A stretch of DNA of 64,000 nucleotides from an uncultured Eubacteriales bacterium (GTDB taxonomy: Bacteria; Bacillota; Clostridia; Lachnospirales; Anaerotignaceae): the NCBI GenBank assembly GCA_900546215.1, contig URCD01000001.1, positions 15,540-79,539 of the forward strand, given 5' to 3'. Of this stretch, positions 46,336 to 54,646 are shown one piece after another; positions within the stretch are counted from its first letter, which is position 1; each line of letters starts with the position of its first letter. The position numbers were made by a program, and so were the translations under genes. The notes below the pieces were generated by a model, which was not told the DNA's origin, made no database searches, and saw only the letters and a program-made list of their open reading frames with translations.

Positions 46336-47981
46336 TGTATTATGTTTGCAAATATACTCCCCTGGAGCTCATGGAAGGGCTTGGCGCGCAGATGATGAGG
46401 CTGGAGCCCCTGCCAAGTAATTTTGACATCGCAGAAAGTCTCGGTCATCCCAATATGTGCGGCTACGGCAAGGCTGTTATTGAGGAAATATACGCCAAGG
46501 ATATTAAGGAAATTCTGCTGGTGGACTGCTGCGACGTTATCCGCAGGGTTTATGATATACTTGTGGAAAGCGGCCGTATGGACTTTGTCTATCTGCTTGA
46601 GCTTCCACATAAAACCGGGTTGGCTGAAACAGAGCTGTTTAAAATGAATTTGAGAAAGCTGGCAAAGGCCTACAGTGCCTACAGCGGGAATTCTTTCGAT
46701 GTAAAGCGCGCAATGTCAGCCTTTACCGAAACAAAGAAAAATCCTGATGAAAAGCATATAAGCATACTTGGCGCACATGGAGGAAAGTACCTTTATAAGA
46801 CTATAAGCGGTAAATTTTCAATGCCGGTGCATGACGATACATGTACGGGAAACAGGTCAATTGACGTACCGGGAACGCCTGAGAATATAGATGAATTTAT
46901 AGACGGATATGCTCCGGGACTGCTTAGGCAGACGCCCTGCATGCGTATGTATGATAACAGCACAAGGGGAGAAACGGCAAAGGGCGCCGCGGGAATAATA
47001 TATCATACAATGAAGTTCTGTGATTATTACAGCTTTGAATACATGGGCATTAAAAATAAGACGGGTGTTCCGCTCCTGAAAATAGAGACTGACTGTACCA
47101 GCCAGAGCGAAGGCCAGCTTTCAACTCGATTGGAGGCCTTTGCGGAAACTATAGATACAGGCGTGAAACGGAGGAGACCAGACATGAAGACAGACGGAAA
47201 AATATATACTGCGGGAATTGACAGCGGCTCCACAAGTACCGACGCGGTTATAATGGACAGGGATAAAAACATAATTGGAAAGGCGATTGTACCGACTGGT
47301 GCGGGCGCCACAAACGGCGCTAAAAAGGCTTTGGCAGCGGCGCTTGAGGAAGCGGGAATAAATGAGGACAGCCTTACGCTAACTGTAACAACAGGCTACG
47401 GAAGGGAAAACATAAGCTTTGGGAATTCGTCCGTGACAGAAATAACTTGCCATGCCAAGGGAGCGCATTACCTTGACCCTTTGGCAAGAACGGTAATAGA
47501 CATTGGGGGTCAGGACTCAAAGGCAATAAGAATTGATGAAAACGGCTCTGTTCTTAGCTTTGTAATGAATGATAAATGCGCAGCTGGAACCGGACGGTTC
47601 CTTGATATGATGGCGAGGACAATGGAACTTACGCTGGATGAAATGGGAGAGCTTGGACTGCATTGGAAAAACGATGTTGTTATTTCAAATATGTGTACGG
47701 TTTTTGCAGAGTCTGAGGTTGTCTCACTTGTGGCTCAGGATACGCCTCCGGCTGATATTATTCACGGGCTTAATAATTCGGTCGCGGGAAAAACAGTATC
47801 TCTGGTAAAGAGACTTGGCGGCGAAAAAGGGTATATAATGACCGGCGGAGTGGCTAAAAATAAGGGAATTGTTGAGGCGCTTGAAGAAAAACTTGGTGAG
47901 AAGGTATTTATATCAGAAAATGCCCAGCTTTGCGGGGCAATAGGCGCGGCGCTTATCGGAATGGAATCATTGACTGAATAG
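46332..47981 (+). CDS. Fusion protein: 2-hydroxyacyl-CoA dehydratase small-subunit-like domain (N-terminal) + BadF/BadG/BcrA/BcrD-type ATPase activase (HgdC-like, C-terminal)
   Basis: N-terminal ~280 aa has HGD-D-like Cys clusters ('MCGYGK', 'VDCCDV'). The C-terminal domain has 'IYTAGIDSGSTSTDAVIMD' (ASKHA phosphate-1 motif) and 'DIGGQDSKAI', typical of dehydratase activators. ATGATG overlap with the upstream gene. Confidence 0.65.
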   Translation: MMYYVCKYTPLELMEGLGAQMMRLEPLPSNFDIAESLGHPNMCGYGKAVIEEIYAKDIKEILLVDCCDVIRRVYDILVESGRMDFVYLLELPHKTGLAETELFKMNLRKLAKAYSAYSGNSFDVKRAMSAFTETKKNPDEKHISILGAHGGKYLYKTISGKFSMPVHDDTCTGNRSIDVPGTPENIDEFIDGYAPGLLRQTPCMRMYDNSTRGETAKGAAGIIYHTMKFCDYYSFEYMGIKNKTGVPLLKIETDCTSQSEGQLSTRLEAFAETIDTGVKRRRPDMKTDGKIYTAGIDSGSTSTDAVIMDRDKNIIGKAIVPTGAGATNGAKKALAAALEEAGINEDSLTLTVTTGYGRENISFGNSSVTEITCHAKGAHYLDPLARTVIDIGGQDSKAIRIDENGSVLSFVMNDKCAAGTGRFLDMMARTMELTLDEMGELGLHWKNDVVISNMCTVFAESEVVSLVAQDTPPADIIHGLNNSVAGKTVSLVKRLGGEKGYIMTGGVAKNKGIVEALEEKLGEKVFISENAQLCGAIGAALIGMESLTE

Positions 47982-47990
47982 GGTGGTTAT

Positions 47991-48557
47991 ATGGGAAATT
48001 ACGACGACTATAAAAGGGGACGGGATTTAGCTTGGGAGACGCTGATTAACAGCGGCGTTTCTTCGCTGCCCGTTGAACTTGACCGGGTTGCCGTCTGCTG
48101 CGGGGTTAGCGTGATTTCCTTTGAGAGGGCTGTTAAGGCTGGATATATTTATGAGGACGAGGCTGTGGGCAGAATGTTTGCCAAAACCATAGACGGTATA
48201 AAAACAGTTTTTGTGAATAACACCTTGGAGAACAAGGGGAGCATCCGCTTCTTAATCGCTAAGGGCATTGGCTGCTGCCTTTTGGCTAAAAATCCTTCAT
48301 ATATAACGGAAAGAACAGCTTATGAGGCCGGAATTTTTGCAAGAGACCTGCTTATGCCGGCAACGGTGCTGTTTGGACTTGGAGTGAAGGACGCTGCCGA
48401 CATCGCAAGAATATGTCATGTGTCTCAGAGAGCAGCGCAAATAAGGGCGGAAAGAATGGCGCAGCTGTACGAAAGAAACCGTTTCAATGGACACCCTTTG
48501 GAGAAACAGGTCAGAGCCCAGTTTGACATATTTATAAATGAAAATAAACTGAATTAA
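47991..48557 (+). CDS. ImmA/IrrE-like (COG2856) protein with a degenerate metalloprotease motif
   Basis: 188 aa. 'RFLIAKGIGCCLL' aligns with the ImmA 'RFTLAHELGHLLL' (HEXXH replaced by K-G-x-x-C). The C-terminus, 'ICHVSQRAAQIRAERM', is ImmA-like. It starts 10 nt after the fusion gene. Confidence 0.45.
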   Translation: MGNYDDYKRGRDLAWETLINSGVSSLPVELDRVAVCCGVSVISFERAVKAGYIYEDEAVGRMFAKTIDGIKTVFVNNTLENKGSIRFLIAKGIGCCLLAKNPSYITERTAYEAGIFARDLLMPATVLFGLGVKDAADIARICHVSQRAAQIRAERMAQLYERNRFNGHPLEKQVRAQFDIFINENKLN

Positions 48558-48590
48558 AAAGGACAGCCAATAATCGGCTGTCCTTTTAAT
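48555..48590. terminator. Bidirectional terminator
   Basis: aaaaaggacagcc-aataat-cggctgtcctttt. Confidence 0.65.
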
Positions 48591-49129
48591 TAGTCTTCGC
48601 CCAGGGAAGGAAGCTCCTCCATTTGGTTATCCTTTGGACTTCCGCCCACATAGGTTATTTTACTTCTGTCAAGGTCATTTATTTCGCAGTACATCTTACA
48701 GGTGACATCATTTCCTGATATATAGATAATATTCATGCCCTTCTTTAGCTGAACGGTATCATTTGACCAAATTGCGTCATAGGCTTCATCTGTTGCGGGA
48801 GAAAGCTTAAAGACCGTTTTGCTGTCTTCGTCCTCAGCGTAATATCCTAGCTCAACACCATCCTCGTCGTTTGTGCTGTAGGTATATTTAAGCGTAATGT
48901 CGGTATCCTCAGCCGCTTCAATGTAAAAGATATTTCCTTCATTTTCAGAAAGATAGACCTCAAACTCCGCTGTAACGGGGTCGCCTGCATCAATGGTAAG
49001 CTCCCTGAACACTGTGGTTTCATAGTCAATCAGCTTCCTGTCCTTATAAGAGGACTCATCTGTCCTGACGCATGCTGACAGGCCAAGCGCTGTTATACAG
49101 CACGTTAAAATAATTGCTGCCCGTTTCAT
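48590..49129 (-). CDS. Secreted lipoprotein of unknown function
   Basis: Signal peptide with lipobox 'LGLSAC', and an acidic mature domain. Confidence 0.55.
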   Translation of the reverse strand: MKRAAIILTCCITALGLSACVRTDESSYKDRKLIDYETTVFRELTIDAGDPVTAEFEVYLSENEGNIFYIEAAEDTDITLKYTYSTNDEDGVELGYYAEDEDSKTVFKLSPATDEAYDAIWSNDTVQLKKGMNIIYISGNDVTCKMYCEINDLDRSKITYVGGSPKDNQMEELPSLGED

Positions 49130-49209
49130 TTAATCCCTCCCAATATTCTGTTTTCCTTAGTATACATGGTGTTTTTAAAGAAACGAAGCTTTTTTTCTTA
49201 AATTTTTCC

Positions 49210-49246
49210 AAATAAACAGGCACAGCGGATAAATGCTGTGCCTATA
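49210..49246 (-). terminator. Terminator for the aminotransferase/ECF operon (minus strand)
   Basis: aggcacagc-ggataaat-gctgtgcct, with an A-rich plus-strand left side. Confidence 0.55.
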
Positions 49247-49249
49247 GCT

Positions 49250-50395
49250 TTAATAAATAACGTTTTTATTTATCTCATCCATAAATACTTCGTACATACT
49301 GGCCTTTAAAGGATACTCAAGCTTGGCAAAGGTTTTGTCAAGAGCCTGGAAGGTTTCGGCCATATCTCTAATATTGGCATTTTCTCCCATGTGGCCTATT
49401 CTGAATACCTTTCCGGAAAGCATATCAAAGCTTCCTGCAAGAAGTATATTGTAATCATCCCTCATTGTATCAAGTATCTGATCGTCCGTAAGCATTTCAG
49501 GCACGTTGACTACCGTTACCGTATCGGAGTAGCCGCAGTCAGGATAAAGAGTAAGGCCGGCGGCCTTTACAGCCTTTCTGGAAGCTTCAGCTATAACAGA
49601 GTGCCTTTCAAAGACAGTCTTATCAAAGTACACATTTTTGACGGCCTTATTAAGCCCTATAATGTCGCTGATGGGCATTGTATAGGGAAACCATTTCTGT
49701 GTGTAATAATCCTTAAAGGTAAGTATGTTGCAGTAAAAAGAGGCGATAGGCGTTTTTCTGTCAACCATTGCCTTTAAGGCATCGCCGCTTACGGAAAGCA
49801 TAGTAAGCCCCGGAGGTGCGGAAAGCGCCTTTTGTGAGCCCATACAGCAAATATCTATCTGCGCCTCATCCACATTTAAAGGTACTCCGAAGGACGACGA
49901 AACAGCGTCCACAACAGTGAGAATTCCGTATTCCTTAAGTATAGGACATATGGCGGCAACGTCATTTAATATGCCGCTTGGCGTGTCGCAGTGAACAAGG
50001 GTAGCGTATTTGAAATTGCTGTCACCCTCAAGATAATTTCTAAGCTCCGCCGGGTCAATGGGCTTATGATAATCCTTGGTATAATAAACGGGCTTACCCC
50101 CGTATATTTTGACAAAGTCTCCAAATCCCTTGCCGTATACACCGTTATCGATTATAAGCACTCTGTCGCCCTGGTCGGTAAGTGAGGCGCAGGACGCCTC
50201 AAGTCCGAGTATGCCCTCACCGGAAAGTATATATATATTTCCGGAAGAATTAATTATTTTTCCAATCATATCGCAGGTTGTTTTATAATATTCGGCAAAA
50301 TCCTTGTCAATATCTGGATTAGTTGTTATAAGGCTCCTTGCGGCCCTTACGTTATCCCTAACCTGGGTAGGTCCCGGTGTCATTATTTTGTACAT
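49250..50395 (-). CDS. Class V PLP-dependent aminotransferase (alanine-glyoxylate / serine-pyruvate aminotransferase-like)
   Basis: 'MTPGPTQV' N-terminus, typical of AGT-family class V. Start 50395 (AAGGAG RBS) is preferred. Confidence 0.7.
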   Translation of the reverse strand: MYKIMTPGPTQVRDNVRAARSLITTNPDIDKDFAEYYKTTCDMIGKIINSSGNIYILSGEGILGLEASCASLTDQGDRVLIIDNGVYGKGFGDFVKIYGGKPVYYTKDYHKPIDPAELRNYLEGDSNFKYATLVHCDTPSGILNDVAAICPILKEYGILTVVDAVSSSFGVPLNVDEAQIDICCMGSQKALSAPPGLTMLSVSGDALKAMVDRKTPIASFYCNILTFKDYYTQKWFPYTMPISDIIGLNKAVKNVYFDKTVFERHSVIAEASRKAVKAAGLTLYPDCGYSDTVTVVNVPEMLTDDQILDTMRDDYNILLAGSFDMLSGKVFRIGHMGENANIRDMAETFQALDKTFAKLEYPLKASMYEVFMDEINKNVIY

Positions 50396-50399
50396 AGTA

Positions 50400-50936
50400 T
50401 CAACTCCTTGCAATCAATTGTAGCTGCTTTTTAAGCGGCTTAGCCAAAGGCACCACTATAACGGCTGCGGTAAGAATCTGGACAATATTGCCGGGGATGC
50501 TGGCGGCAGGAACGGCCCAGTTGCCATAAATTATGGCTTCCGCTATATAGTAGCCTAATATCTTTATTATAAGCGCTGCAGCAACTGCAAGCAAGTACCA
50601 CAATATAGTGTTGTGCTCATTTTTTTCAGTGATTTTTCCAACAGTGTATCCCATTATGCCAACAATAACAAAGGTAAACGGTGCCCACAGCGTCCAGCCT
50701 GAAAAAAGGTCGAAAAGCGCCATTCCGAATGCGCCGCAGATGGCCCCAGTCTTTTTTCCGAAAATTATCGCCGCAAGGAAAAGGGGCACATTGCCTAAAT
50801 GTATAAGCCCTCCGTTGGCCGCAATAGGCAGCCTTATGTTAATAAAGCCGGTTGCTAAAAATACAAGGGCAATAGAAAGCCCGTTAATTGCTAAGGTTTT
50901 TACAGATGATTTTGAATTTACTGCTGTTCCGCTCAT
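50400..50936 (-). CDS. ECF-transporter substrate-specific (S) component family membrane protein
   Basis: 178 aa, about 5-6 TM, glycine-rich helices typical of S components. RBS AAGGAGG. Confidence 0.5.
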   Translation of the reverse strand: MSGTAVNSKSSVKTLAINGLSIALVFLATGFINIRLPIAANGGLIHLGNVPLFLAAIIFGKKTGAICGAFGMALFDLFSGWTLWAPFTFVIVGIMGYTVGKITEKNEHNTILWYLLAVAAALIIKILGYYIAEAIIYGNWAVPAASIPGNIVQILTAAVIVVPLAKPLKKQLQLIARS

Positions 50937-50942
50937 AGATGT

Positions 50943-50971
50943 TTCCTCCTTATTGACTGTAAATAGTATGT
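50943..50971 (+). promoter_or_regulatory. Consensus sigma-A promoter (TTGACT-17-TATAAT) for the MocR-type regulator
   Basis: ttgact at 50943-50948, a 17-nt spacer, tataat at 50966-50971. Confidence 0.55.
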
Positions 50972-51047
50972 GACATATAATACTATTAAACTGATTGTAT
51001 TAAAACTGCCAGTTTATAAAAATATTATGGTATCAGATGGAGGGCCT

Positions 51048-52448
51048 ATGATAAATTTATCCAACAGAAATGAAGGACAACCCTTGTATTTCCAAATATA
51101 TACTCAGCTAAAAGAAGAAATACAAAACGGAAGACTTAAGGCTGGAGATAAGCTTTTTTCAAAAAGAAAAATGGCGGAAAGCCTGAATGTAAGCGTAAAT
51201 ACCATAGAGACCGCTTACAGCCAGCTCCTAAGCGAGGGCTTTATAGAGGCGCGAGTAAAAAGCGGCTATTATGTATGTGACATTGATGAGTTTATTTTTA
51301 CGAATATAAAGCCGGTGCCCAGGTCTTTAGATGGTGTTAAGGAAAAATCTATAGATATAAAATATAATTTTGCTACAGACGGAGTAGATTACGAAAATTT
51401 TCCCTATAATACATGGCGCAGACTTATGAAAAGCTGCTTTAATGAATACAATCCGTTTATATTGAGAGGCGCTCCTCCGGAGGGGGACTATGAACTGAGA
51501 AAGGCTGTAGCATCGCATATATACAGTTCCAGGGGCGTAAGCTGCCGGACAGAGCAGGTGATAATAGGCGCCGGGGTAGACAATCTTCTAAATACCATCA
51601 GCGGCATTTTGGGCAACGGATGCAAAATAGCAATGGAGGAACCGGTATATTTCGAAGCATACTCATTCTTTAAGGCATTAGGGCACAGTCTTTGCTCAAT
51701 TCAGGTTGATGACGGGGGAATCCGTACTGATTTGCTTCCTGAGGATGACAATACGGCTGTATATGTTACACCGTCACACCAATTTCCTTTAGGAATAACC
51801 ATGCCCGCTGGACGAAGGGTAAAGCTTTTGAACTGGGCCTATGCCAAGGAAAATCGGTATATAATCGAGGACGATTACGACAGCGAATTCAGATATAATT
51901 CCAAACCGATACCGTCTGTACAAAGCATAGACGTAAAGGGAAGGGTTATTTATTTGGGTACATTTTCAAAGACAATAGCTCCCTCAATTCGTATAAGCTA
52001 TATGGTTCTGCCGGAGAAGCTTTTGGAGTTTTATAATGAAAGATATACCAAATTTTCCTCTGCCGTGTCTGTTCTCGAGCAAAATATACTTACGGCTTTT
52101 ATAAGTGAGGGCCACTATGAAAGGCATTTGAACCGAATGAGGAAACTATATGGAGAGAAAAGGGCTGTTTTGCTGAACGAGCTGAAAAAAATCGGAGGAA
52201 AAATAAAAATAAACGGGGAAAATGCGGGACACCATATGGCAATCAGGCTGATGTCTGATTTAAGCGAGGAGGAAATGATTGAATCTGCCAAAAAGTGCGG
52301 CGTCAGGGTCTATCCGATTTCCACTTATTTTATCAGGAGCGTGCCGCAAAAATACAGAAGCACAGTGCTTATAGGATATGCTGAGCTTTCAAAAAAGCAG
52401 ATTACAGAAGGCATTTCATTATTAAAAAAAGCATGGGGATTAAATTAA
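51048..52448 (+). CDS. MocR/GabR-family regulator (GntR HTH fused to a class-I aminotransferase-like domain)
   Basis: N-terminal GntR HTH 'LYFQIYTQLKEEIQNGRLKAGDKLFSKRKMAESLNVSVNTIETAY', then an aminotransferase-fold domain. ATG 51048 (RBS ggaggg) is preferred over the upstream-extended ORF. Confidence 0.75.
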   Translation: MINLSNRNEGQPLYFQIYTQLKEEIQNGRLKAGDKLFSKRKMAESLNVSVNTIETAYSQLLSEGFIEARVKSGYYVCDIDEFIFTNIKPVPRSLDGVKEKSIDIKYNFATDGVDYENFPYNTWRRLMKSCFNEYNPFILRGAPPEGDYELRKAVASHIYSSRGVSCRTEQVIIGAGVDNLLNTISGILGNGCKIAMEEPVYFEAYSFFKALGHSLCSIQVDDGGIRTDLLPEDDNTAVYVTPSHQFPLGITMPAGRRVKLLNWAYAKENRYIIEDDYDSEFRYNSKPIPSVQSIDVKGRVIYLGTFSKTIAPSIRISYMVLPEKLLEFYNERYTKFSSAVSVLEQNILTAFISEGHYERHLNRMRKLYGEKRAVLLNELKKIGGKIKINGENAGHHMAIRLMSDLSEEEMIESAKKCGVRVYPISTYFIRSVPQKYRSTVLIGYAELSKKQITEGISLLKKAWGLN

Positions 52449-52543
52449 TCGTCTTTTTATTGAACTGTTTTCTTCCAGATGGTATACTTAACGAGTATTT
52501 AACATCGAATTTACTCTGATTTAACAGAAAAAGGGAGAAAACA

Positions 52544-53596
52544 ATGACTGTAACACTATCCGAATTTCTCGGGCAAATATCGTCTAATCCAATGATGGCG
52601 GTTACCGTAATACTTACACTGGGCGTTATACTTATGAACGGCTGTACCGACGCTCCAAACGCCATCGCTACATGTGTGTCCACAAGGGCAATGCGGCCGC
52701 AGCATGCCATAGCAATGGCCGCGATATTCAATTTTATCGGTGTTCTTGTTATGACAATGATAAACGCAAATGTTGCTTCAACCATTTATAATATGGTGGA
52801 TTTCGGCACTGATACGAGAGCGGCGACAGTCGCTATATGCGCTGCTTTATTTGCCATAATCGTATGGTCCTTCACATCATGGAGGCTTGGGCTTCCTACC
52901 AGTGAAAGCCATGCTCTTGTGGCCGGAATTTCCGGTGCGGCCATCGCCATACACGGAGGTATCGCGGGAATTAACGGGGCCGAGTGGATAAAGGTTATTT
53001 ATGGACTTGTGCTTTCCACACTTCTTGGCTTCTTTTCAGGATACATAGTAGTAAAGGTTATAGAAAAAATCTGTAAACGAATGGACAGGCTTAAAACAAC
53101 GAAATTTTTTAAGGGAGCCCAAATTGTCGGCGGAGCTTCAATGGCATTTATGCACGGAGCTCAGGACGGACAGAAGTTTATGGGCGTTTTTATGCTCGGT
53201 ATATTTATATCAACCGGCAGATCCGGAATAACAGAGTTTGAGATACCGATTTGGCTTATGGTAATATGCTCTGCCGTAATGGCTTTTGGTACATCGGTAG
53301 GTGGCTATAGGATTATCAAGTCAGTGGGAATGGATATGGTTAAGCTTGAATCCTATCAGGGCTTTGCGGCCGATATAGGAGCTGTTGTCAGTCTGCTTGT
53401 GGCGTCTGTTACAGGTATACCTGTAAGTACGACACATACAAAAACAACATCAATTATGGGCGTTGGAGCCTCAAGAAGAATTTCTGCGGTAAACTGGAGC
53501 GTTGTAAAAAATATGGTTAAAACATGGATACTGGTATTTCCGGGCTGCGGACTTATGGGCTATATAATGGTAAAAGTGTTTATGATGGTATTCTAG
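52544..53596 (+). CDS. PiT-family inorganic phosphate transporter
   Basis: 350 aa. Contains the 'GCTDAPNAIAT' (GANDVANA-like) PiT signature, here and repeated near the C-terminus. Confidence 0.75.
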   Translation: MTVTLSEFLGQISSNPMMAVTVILTLGVILMNGCTDAPNAIATCVSTRAMRPQHAIAMAAIFNFIGVLVMTMINANVASTIYNMVDFGTDTRAATVAICAALFAIIVWSFTSWRLGLPTSESHALVAGISGAAIAIHGGIAGINGAEWIKVIYGLVLSTLLGFFSGYIVVKVIEKICKRMDRLKTTKFFKGAQIVGGASMAFMHGAQDGQKFMGVFMLGIFISTGRSGITEFEIPIWLMVICSAVMAFGTSVGGYRIIKSVGMDMVKLESYQGFAADIGAVVSLLVASVTGIPVSTTHTKTTSIMGVGASRRISAVNWSVVKNMVKTWILVFPGCGLMGYIMVKVFMMVF

Positions 53597-53606
53597 GAGG
53601 ATAAAG

Positions 53607-54236
53607 ATGTCTGCTGATAGAAAAAAAGATTTTGATTACTTCGGTTACTTCTGCAAATGTGCTGATTTCGTATGCCAGGCTGCGGATTACCTTAATGAGT
53701 GCATAACAAATTTTGAATATGCCTCAGTATTTGAAAGGGTAACGCTTATGCATAAGATTGAAAATGAGGCTGACCTTACAAAGCATGAAATGACAAAGGC
53801 GCTTACCCACGAGTTTCTGCCGCCAATTGAAAGAGAGGATATTGTTTCCCTTTCCGTAAAGCTGGATGACGTTGTGGATGCTATAGAGGACGTTATGCGC
53901 CGGATATACATGTTTGATGTAAAGGAGATACGACCGGAGGTTCTGGAGTTCACAAAACTTATTGTTGAGGCCTCCAAGGGGCTTAAGGCCACTCTTACTG
54001 AATTTCGCAACTTTAAATCCTCAAAGATTATAAAGGAGCAGATAGTTGCCGTTAATACAGTCGAGAGCAAGGGAGACTATCTTCATACAAAGATTTATCA
54101 TAAGCTTTTCAGCGACGGTACAGATACAAGGGACATTATAATATGGACAAACATATTTGATGAGTTGGAGGACTGTCTGGATGCCTGCGAGGAGGCAGTA
54201 GACGTCGTGGAGCTTGTAATAATGAAAAACTCTTAA
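53607..54236 (+). CDS. DUF47 / TIGR00153 PhoU-related protein (Pit accessory)
   Basis: 209 aa, helical, with PhoU-like repeats. RBS taggagg. Confidence 0.6.
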   Translation: MSADRKKDFDYFGYFCKCADFVCQAADYLNECITNFEYASVFERVTLMHKIENEADLTKHEMTKALTHEFLPPIEREDIVSLSVKLDDVVDAIEDVMRRIYMFDVKEIRPEVLEFTKLIVEASKGLKATLTEFRNFKSSKIIKEQIVAVNTVESKGDYLHTKIYHKLFSDGTDTRDIIIWTNIFDELEDCLDACEEAVDVVELVIMKNS

Positions 54237-54311
54237 ATTACCATTAGTGAATATTATTTCCCTATATCTGCGGCAAAAATGACAAAGTTTTTATAAATGT
54301 CGTAAGATGTA

Positions 54312-54340
54312 TTGACTTTACTAAGAAATGATGTTACTAT
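54312..54340 (+). promoter_or_regulatory. Sigma-A promoter (TTGACT-17-TACTAT) for the riboswitch-controlled transcript
   Basis: ttgact at 54312-54317, a 17-nt spacer, tactat at 54335-54340. Confidence 0.5.
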
Positions 54341-54382
54341 CCACGATAGAATATTAATATCTGCTTTGGGCGACCAAAGCTC

Positions 54383-54612
54383 TGATAGAGGCGCAGAAAA
54401 AATCAGTATTGCGGAACAATGGCGGGCGGCCGTTCTGCTTGAAAGGGTTTTCTGCCGAAGCTTGTTTGTTCTGCCCGGGACAAGCTGGCTGGGACGATGC
54501 ATAACATGCAGCGTACTGTCACTTATGTGGAGAGCTATCATAAAACCTTATGATTTGTTTTATCAGTGCCGAATCTTCACTTGAGCAGAGGAATATTCGG
54601 CACTTTTTATTT
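54383..54612 (+). promoter_or_regulatory. Lysine riboswitch (L-box) aptamer plus intrinsic terminator expression platform
   Basis: L-box consensus blocks are present in order: GATAGAGGCGC, AGTATTGC, GAAAGGG, GCCGAAG, ACTGTCA, TGGAGAGCTATC. They are followed by the terminator gtgccgaat...attcggcac plus a T-run (54563-54612), 30 nt before the transporter start. Confidence 0.75.
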
Positions 54613-54646
54613 GTATTAAAATTTTACATTAAAGGAAGGTATGAAC

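Noticed and set aside
54254-54584. ORFs 54254-54541 (minus) and 54312-54584 (plus) between the DUF47 gene and the amino-acid transporter
   Set aside because: The region matches the lysine riboswitch consensus and has a promoter/terminator layout. The ORFs have no RBS and would overlap the aptamer.
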